This document shows, piece after piece, positions 52,489-60,512 of a DNA stretch of 64,000 nt. Below the pieces are notes generated by a model. That model was not told the DNA's origin. It saw nothing but the letters and a program-made list of their open reading frames with translations, and ran no database searches. The stretch lies in NCBI RefSeq assembly GCF_001194135.2, contig NC_068986.1, positions 40,598,586-40,662,585 of the forward strand, written 5' to 3'. The position numbers and the translations under genes are program-made. Each line of letters opens with the position of its first letter. Within the stretch, counting starts at the first letter, position 1. The DNA is from Octopus bimaculoides (lineage: Eukaryota).

Positions 52489-53113
52489 ATTCTTTTACTT
52501 GTTTCAGTCATATAATATACATATATTATACAACGGGCATATTTCAGTTTCTATCAACCAAATCCACTCACNNNNNNNNNNNNNNNNNNNNNNNNNNNNN
52601 NNNNNNNNNNNNNNNNNNNNNNNNNNNNNNNNNNNNNNNNNNNNNNNNNNNNNNNNNNNNNNNNNNNNNNNNNNNNNNNNNNNNNNNNNNNNNNNNNNNN
52701 NNNNNNNNNNNNNNNNNNNNNNNNNNNNNNNNNNNNNNNNNNNNNNNNNNNNNNNNNNNNNNNNNNNNNNNNNNNNNNNNNNNNNNNNNNNNNNNNNNNN
52801 NNNNNNNNNNNNNNNNNNNNNNNNNNNNNNNNNNNNNNNNNNNNNNNNNNNNNNNNNNNNNNNNNNNNNNNNNNNNNNNNNNNNNNNNNNNNNNNNNNNN
52901 NNNNNNNNNNNNNNNNNNNNNNNNNNNNNNNNNNNNNNNNNNNNNNNNNNNNNNNNNNNNNNNNNNNNNNNNNNNNNNNNNNNNNNNNNNNNNNNNNNNN
53001 NNNNNNNNNNNNNNNNNNNNNNNNNNNNNNNNNNNNNNNNNNNNNNNNNNNNNNNNNNNNNNNNNNNNNNNNNNNNNNNNNNNNNNNNNNNNNNNNNNNN
53101 NNNNNNNNNNNNN

Positions 53114-53155
<42 letters not shown>

Positions 53156-53846
53156 GCACACACACACACATGTATATATCTGTTTATATTACCTGTGTGT
53201 GGTGTTTCTATGCATGCTTCCTTATAGGAGTGTGAATGTATGTGAGAGAGAGAGAGAGAGTGGTGTTATTGTTGTCGTTGTTATTGCTGCTGCAGTGGTA
53301 GCAGCAGACTGGGGTATCTCTGCTTGTGCACACCTGTAACCTATCAAATATTTTGCTGTTTATGAATTCTTATTGCCAATATCAAACCATGACTGTAGAA
53401 TTGCTGCATTTCATTTGTCTACCTTGTTGTTAATTCTTAGGGACCAACCAATGTGCAATACGAAATGGAGGATGCACTCACTTATGCCTTGCTCGACCCA
53501 ATGGTTACAAATGTGCGTGCCCAACATACCCTGATTCAAGGCCCTGTCTTGTTGGTAAGGGAGTTTTCTTATTTTTGAGAAAGTATAGTGGCATCATTTT
53601 GAATATTTTTGTCAATAATCTTATCTTTTACTTGTTTCATCCATTAGACCGTGGCCATACTGGGGCACAACCTTGAAGGGTTCAGTGAAACAAATTGACC
53701 CCAGTACTTATGCGTTATTTTAAGTCTGGTACTTATTTTATTGGGCTCTTTTGCTGAGCCACTAAGTTATGGGGATTTAAACAACCAACACCAGTGGTTG
53801 AAGAGCAAACAAAAACACAGTTGTATGTATATATATGTGTGTGTGC

Positions 53847-53886
<40 letters not shown>

Positions 53887-56800
53887 NNNNNNNNNNNNNN
53901 NNNNNNNNNNNNNNNNNNNNNNNNNNNNNNNNNNNNNNNNNNNNNNNNNNNNNNNNNNNNNNNNNNNNNNNNNNNNCGTCCAACCCATGCTAGCATGGAA
54001 AGTGGACGTTAAACGATGATGATGATATATATATATATATATATATATCTGTGTTTGTGTATATATGTGTGTGTATGTATATATATATCTGTGTTTGTGT
54101 GTATATATATATATTTGTGTTTGTGTGTGTGTGTATACACATACATATATATGATAGGTTCGAAATTGACTCACAGGGCATTGTTGGTCAGCTTGAGGCT
54201 GTGATAGAAGACACTTGCCCAAAATGTTGTGCGGAAGAACTGAACCCAGAGCCACATGGCTGCAAAGTGAGCTTCTTAACTACACAACTGTATTTAAAAA
54301 AAAAAAAAAAGAGGTGTAGGCTTTGTAGATTGAATTAAATCTTTGTAACTGATGAAATCAATATCAATACTTTCACTCGGTAACTAAATAATAATGCAAG
54401 ATAGGAGAAAATGCAATGGATGATTTACCCTAGCTTTATCTACTGAAGAATTAACTTAATTTACAGGTTTAAAATAGAGAAAGTGCTGAAAGTTTTAGGT
54501 CAATGTAAATGAGTAGTTAAGTGTTAAACATCAATTCTACGTTTCTGGAAATTTAGTGATGAAATCAATAAAAACACTTAACATCAGTTTAGCTCAATTT
54601 AATTATAATATTAAATTACAATTGCTAACCTAACACTGTTACTAATGTTTTGTGTGATTTCAGTTTGTAGGGTTCTGCTAGAGGTTTTTGAACATTTTTC
54701 ATAACATTAGAGTAAATACCACTCTCCTTCAAGAGATCCATCAGGGCCATTAAATCCATTTGTAGTAATAAATTTCCTATACACTGACTGAGTAATGTTA
54801 TAATTATCTTTATCTCTCTGTTTATATAATGAATATGTTTCTGTTTCTTCCTAAGAAACTAATTGAACTCAGTGAATTGATCTGCTTGGTTCATTACTGT
54901 TATTTAACTTTTTTAGCATTTAAACTGGCCGTATCTGACCAAAATTATCTACCTACCTTAAGTTCAAACCAGCCAAATCTGACCCCTCACACCTCCTCTA
55001 CAATGTCATTCAAAAAATTTAACAGTCACAAAGCTATGTGAAAATGCATGATTAATTCAAAATAATGTAACACCTATCTATTCACATTGTTTTGAACTAA
55101 TCGTGCATTATCTTGTAACTTGGAGATTTCAACGATGTGATTGCTTATCTTTAGAATGACATTGTAGGATAGATGTGAAAGGCCAGATCTGGCTGCTTTG
55201 AACATAAAACAGGTTGAATATTTGGGCAGGATATGACCAGTTTAAACACTAGAGGGTTATATCTACTCTCTCTCTCTCTCTCTCATATACACACACACAC
55301 ATTTTATTTATTTATTTATTCATTTCACTTTTCTGCAGTTCCATTAGTTTCTGGTGCTGGTGGTAGTGACGAGTTGTTCTCTGGAGAAAAGTCTGGTTTA
55401 GCTCAAGGATCTCATTCCAGTCGGTGAGTGTGAGACAATTTTTTTATTTATAATTTCACACCTTGGGCAGAGGTGAAAGAAAACATAAGTCTAATTCCAA
55501 TGAGGATTTGGTCGTTTCTGGTGTTTTTCAGGTGTCTTGTATCAAACTCAGCTGTTGTTTCGGAATTTTGAATACAAAACACTTGAAGAAGGTTGGTGCA
55601 TGCATCAGCCAAAATGTAGTGAAAACAGCAACGATCAAGCTGAGGATGCCAGTCCAACTAATATAAACAGGATACATAACATAAATTCCTCATATCAGAA
55701 ATATAGAAAATTTTATGTATTGCTTGAAAAAAACAATTATTTTCTCAAAGCCTTTTTATAATGATTTGAAGGAATTTAAGTTTCTTTTTTTTTTTTCCAC
55801 TCTTTGTTATTTCTAACTTTCAAAAGTTTGACTTTTTATTTTCTTTCTTTCCCGTTAGATGTTCAAAAGGGAAAATTAAGAATGGACTTTGTCGACCAAC
55901 TGGAAGTACAGCTAATGGTAAGTGATATTTTCTAAAATATCAGAATTTACTAAGGAAAACAGTGTTTTCCTTATTCTGACACCAGTGACATGTTAGTCAC
56001 TGTTTTTCTATATCAGTCGATTAAATTTGTCTAATCATGCAGTTACTTATGAATACTTGCTACTGTTGATGCTTAATGAAGCAGAAATACATTTTTAGCA
56101 ATTCAACCACCACTACTAGACATTTCTCATCAGCTACTGATATATTTTTGTGTTTTTTAACACTAGGTGTCTATATGAGATACTTTTTTGAAATGAATGT
56201 TGCAATTCATAAGGCTTTCAAAAGTATATCAGCATTAAGTATGGTATGCAGTATGCTATTGTGTATCATTAGCTCTGGTAGGGTGGGTGGGGTGGCAGGT
56301 GTTGTTGTTTCATTCAGTTTTAATTGAACAGACTTATGATCAAAAGTACTCTAGCAATGATGATCCCGTCTACTATTTCAACATAGTGTATTAAAGACAA
56401 CGTTATCTAATGCACCTCTTTTTAAAGCAGTAGGGTGTGATTTTTGTGTGAAATTTTGATGTTATTTCTGGCAAGACAAGTATCCAAGTCTGGGCAACCC
56501 TTTTCAAGAAGTAGGCCACACCACTAAAACACCTTGAGGTAATTTTTCATTGGCATGCCACTCTGAAAGCCCTGTGGATTTGAATAGTTAGAGAAAGGAG
56601 GAGAATGGTAGATGTTATCTGATGTAAATAAACATTATTTTATGTTAATTATCAAATCTAAGTGAGTGAAGAATTGCCAATAATTCTGGCAAGCTTTTCT
56701 TAGACTGGTGAAGTTGTTGGTGATTAGTTATGTTTAATGTGTAATGATATTGACACTGTCTTTAAAATTTCTTGTTATAATTAACGGTAAAGAACTGCTA

Positions 56801-58051
56801 ATGATTCTTCAGTTTATTTGTCTGTTCTTATTGTTATCATTTGTGGAGGCGCAATGGCCCAGTGGTTAGGGCAGCGGACTCGCGGCCATAGGATCGCGGT
56901 TTCGATTCCCAGACCGGGTGTTGTGAGTGTTTATTGAGCGAAAACACGTAAAGTTCCACGAGGCTCCGGCAGGAGATGGTGGCGAACCCTGCTGTACTCT
57001 TTCACCACAACTTTCTCTCACTCTTACTTCCTGTTTCTGTTGTGCCTGTAATTCAAAGGGTCAGCCTTGTCACACTGTGTCACACTGAATATCCCCGAGA
57101 ACTACGTTAAGGGTACACGTGTCTGTGGAGTGCTCAGCCACTTGCACGTTAATTTCACGAGCAGGCTGTTCCGTTGATATCGGATCAACTGGAACTTTCG
57201 ACGTCGTAAGCGACAGAATGCCACATCATTGTTATCATTTATTAACTCTGAAGAACTTTGTTTGAGAAGATACATGGTAGAGATAGATAGCTAAATGTTT
57301 TTGAGCAACCCTATGGTCTAGCACATTGGACACCCTATGGTTTTATATATCAGGTGGAAGTTTAAGATGTCCAGTATGTTGAACTGAGTTGAACTTCTTC
57401 CTCATTTAATCACCATTTTAGTCTTGATTCTCTTGCTAGCTGTCATAATAAAATTTACAACTTAAACATGGCATCACTATTATATTTTGCTGAAGAGCAT
57501 ATGACTATTTGCTACACCAGCAGATCATGTGACTGCTAGCAACACCAGCAACTTACATGACTGCTAGCTATACCTGCCAGTTTTGTGACTGTTAGCTGTG
57601 CCAGCAAGTTATGTGATTTCTAGTTACATCAGCAGCTTATGTGACTGTTTGCTCTATATCAACAGATTATGTGACTTGTAGATACATCTGTTAGTTGCTA
57701 CAAATGATAGTTATATGATTCCTACCTACATCAACAGATTGTGACTGTTAACTACATCAGAGGTTAATGTGACTGTTATCAACGTTAATTTAATATACTG
57801 ACTATTGTTCCTTAATATCTTGAACATTTTTGGGTGTAGCTGTAGGGTTAATAATTATAAATATATAATTATAATGATATATAAGAAAATGAATTGATTA
57901 TTTTCTTTATTTTCATTTTTTCCAGACTCCAACCATTTACGTACTTATGTTATTTCTGGTGTCATACTATCTGTCATTATGGGATTTATATTTATTTTAG
58001 TTATTTGGAAAAGGTAAGAGATTATTATTATTATTATTATTATTATTATTG

Positions 58052-58086
<35 letters not shown>

Positions 58087-58092
58087 GCCATC

Positions 58093-58123
<31 letters not shown>

Positions 58124-60455
58124 TCATAATCATCATCATCAAGGTGGCAAGCTGGCAGAGTCATTAGCATGCTGGGCGAAATGCTTAGCGCTATTTCGTC
58201 TGCCGCTATGTTCTGAGTTCAAATTCCGCCATGGCCGACTTTGCCTTTCTTCCTTTCTGAGTTGATGAAATAAGTACCAGTTGAGCACTGGGCTCAATGT
58301 AATTGACTAGCCCCCTTTCTCCAAAATATTCAAGGCCTTGTGCCGAGAGTAGAAATAATGATGATAATAATAATTATTATTATTATTGTTGTTGTTGTTG
58401 TTGTTAGTGAGGACACCAGTGTTGCGCTCACAATTGCGAAATCATGGTTTCAATTCCTACTCCAGTTGGTGCGTTGTATTCTTGAGCAAAACACTTCATT
58501 TCACCTTGCTCTGCAATCACTTCAACACCTGACATGTAATACACCGTGCATCTGTTCAAACAACATCGATCTGATGAAGGGGTGAGCTAATGTACAGCAC
58601 ATGTATTTGATCACTATAAACAAATCATTTGTACAAGTCATTTGGCAAAAGCTGAATGTTCATATGTCATCTTCAACAGGAGAGCCCGTCATCATCATCA
58701 TCATCGTCATCATCATCATCGTCATCATCATCATCGTCATCATCATCATCATCATCATCATTATTTTTATTATTATTATTATTGCTATTATTGTTATCAT
58801 CATTATTATTATTGAAAACATTTTTTGAGAACTGATGTTATTTTGTCACTCATTTATTTCATTTTTAGCAGTTTGGCAAACTTTGACAACTTTTTAACTT
58901 TCATTATTTTGGCATTAAAATTTTGTATCTTGCAATAATTATTGTAAAGCTATTTGATTGAGAGTGATGCCCTTATCTGCTTTGTGCTTCATCAAATAGG
59001 TTACTACTCAGACTTTGGGAAGAAATTAATTTCAACATATCCTTATTACCAACTGATAATTGTTTTAACAATGGAAACACAAATATACTTGCTGACTTGA
59101 TATCAGTAATACCAAATACTTGTGCATTAAAAACCTGAAGTAGTAGTCATCATCATCATCATCATCATCATCATTTAATGTCTGCTTTCCATACTGGCAT
59201 GATTGGACAGTTTGATGTGGAGCTGGCTGGCAGGGAGCTGTCCAGACTCCAGCTGTTTGTTGAGGCATGGTTTCTACGACTGGATGCCCTTCCTAATGCC
59301 AACCACTTAGGAGAGTGTGCTGGGTGCTTTTTACATGCCACCAGCATTGTTGTGTTTATGCAGCACCAGCACAGGTGCTTTTTACGTGGCACCGGCACCT
59401 GAAAGGACAAGCATGTATGTGTGGAAAACAGCAATTTTGCTTAGCTTGATGTGTCTTATCAAGTACAGCAAATCACCAAATCTGTCCCTTGTCATTTCTT
59501 TGATGAGACCCAGCAGCCAAAGATCCTTTCTAACCACCTCGTCCCATGTCTTCCTGGATCTATCCCTTCCACAAGTACCCTCCGTGATTAGAGCTTGGCA
59601 CTTCTTTATACAGCTGTTCCCATTCATATGCATTTCATGACCAAACCAGCACAGTCTTCTCTGTTGCACACAACATCTGATGTCTGTTATACCCAGTTTT
59701 CTTCTTAAATCATTTACACTCTGTTGTGCATGTGCACTGACATTACCCATCCGGTGGAGCATGCTAGTTTCATTTCTTTCAAGCCTTCACAAGTCCTCTG
59801 CAGTCAAAGCCCATGTTTCACTACCATGTAACATAGCTGTACGTACACAGATATTATACAATCTGCCTATCACTCTGTAGTAATTTAATATTCAAGTGGT
59901 TGATCATATTGTATATTATTTAAAGATAAATGTAACCTAATTATTGCTGATAAAGTTATGTGAACTGCTCAGTGGAAAAATAGAGGCGTTCACAGCTCTT
60001 CCTATAACATCTACCGGACACCAAAATATTAATATATATTACTATTGTATAGATAAGATCAAATCAAATATGAACTAAGTAGCTCAAAAGCTTATAAATA
60101 TAAGCAGAATAGTTACTACACTGTGAATCTAAGAGTAACTTTATTACAGAAAGAATTTGTTTCTGTAAGAATCAACCCCAAACTATAAAACCAAATTAAC
60201 TGAGATTTTTCATGTCTTTTTTCATGGAGAACAGGAGGTATTTATGTCTCTGATATAGATGCTTTATGATTCCATGCAATATTCATTACATTGAGATCAG
60301 TTTAGCAAAGTTCCTTGTTAAAGAAAGCCATAATATTGATTTTATAATCACCTGAAACAGATATGCCTTTTAAAAAAATTCATTTCTTTTCAGTTAAGAC
60401 TGCTTATTCATTACCCCTTGGTTCAAGTGTATGTTTACAAAGTTAATTAATGTAG

Positions 60456-60512
<57 letters not shown>

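Noticed and set aside
55463-55761. ORFs in the w24-w25 intron as an extra coding exon
   Set aside because: No acceptor/donor pair gives an in-frame stop-free exon, and w24 joins w25 directly in frame.
57515-57780. CRISPR-like array
   Set aside because: Contiguous degenerate units without unique spacers, in a eukaryotic intron.
57894-58265. ORFs with poly-His, poly-Tyr or poly-Met
   Set aside because: Translation of intronic (TAT)n/(CAT)n microsatellites; the real TM exon is in another frame.
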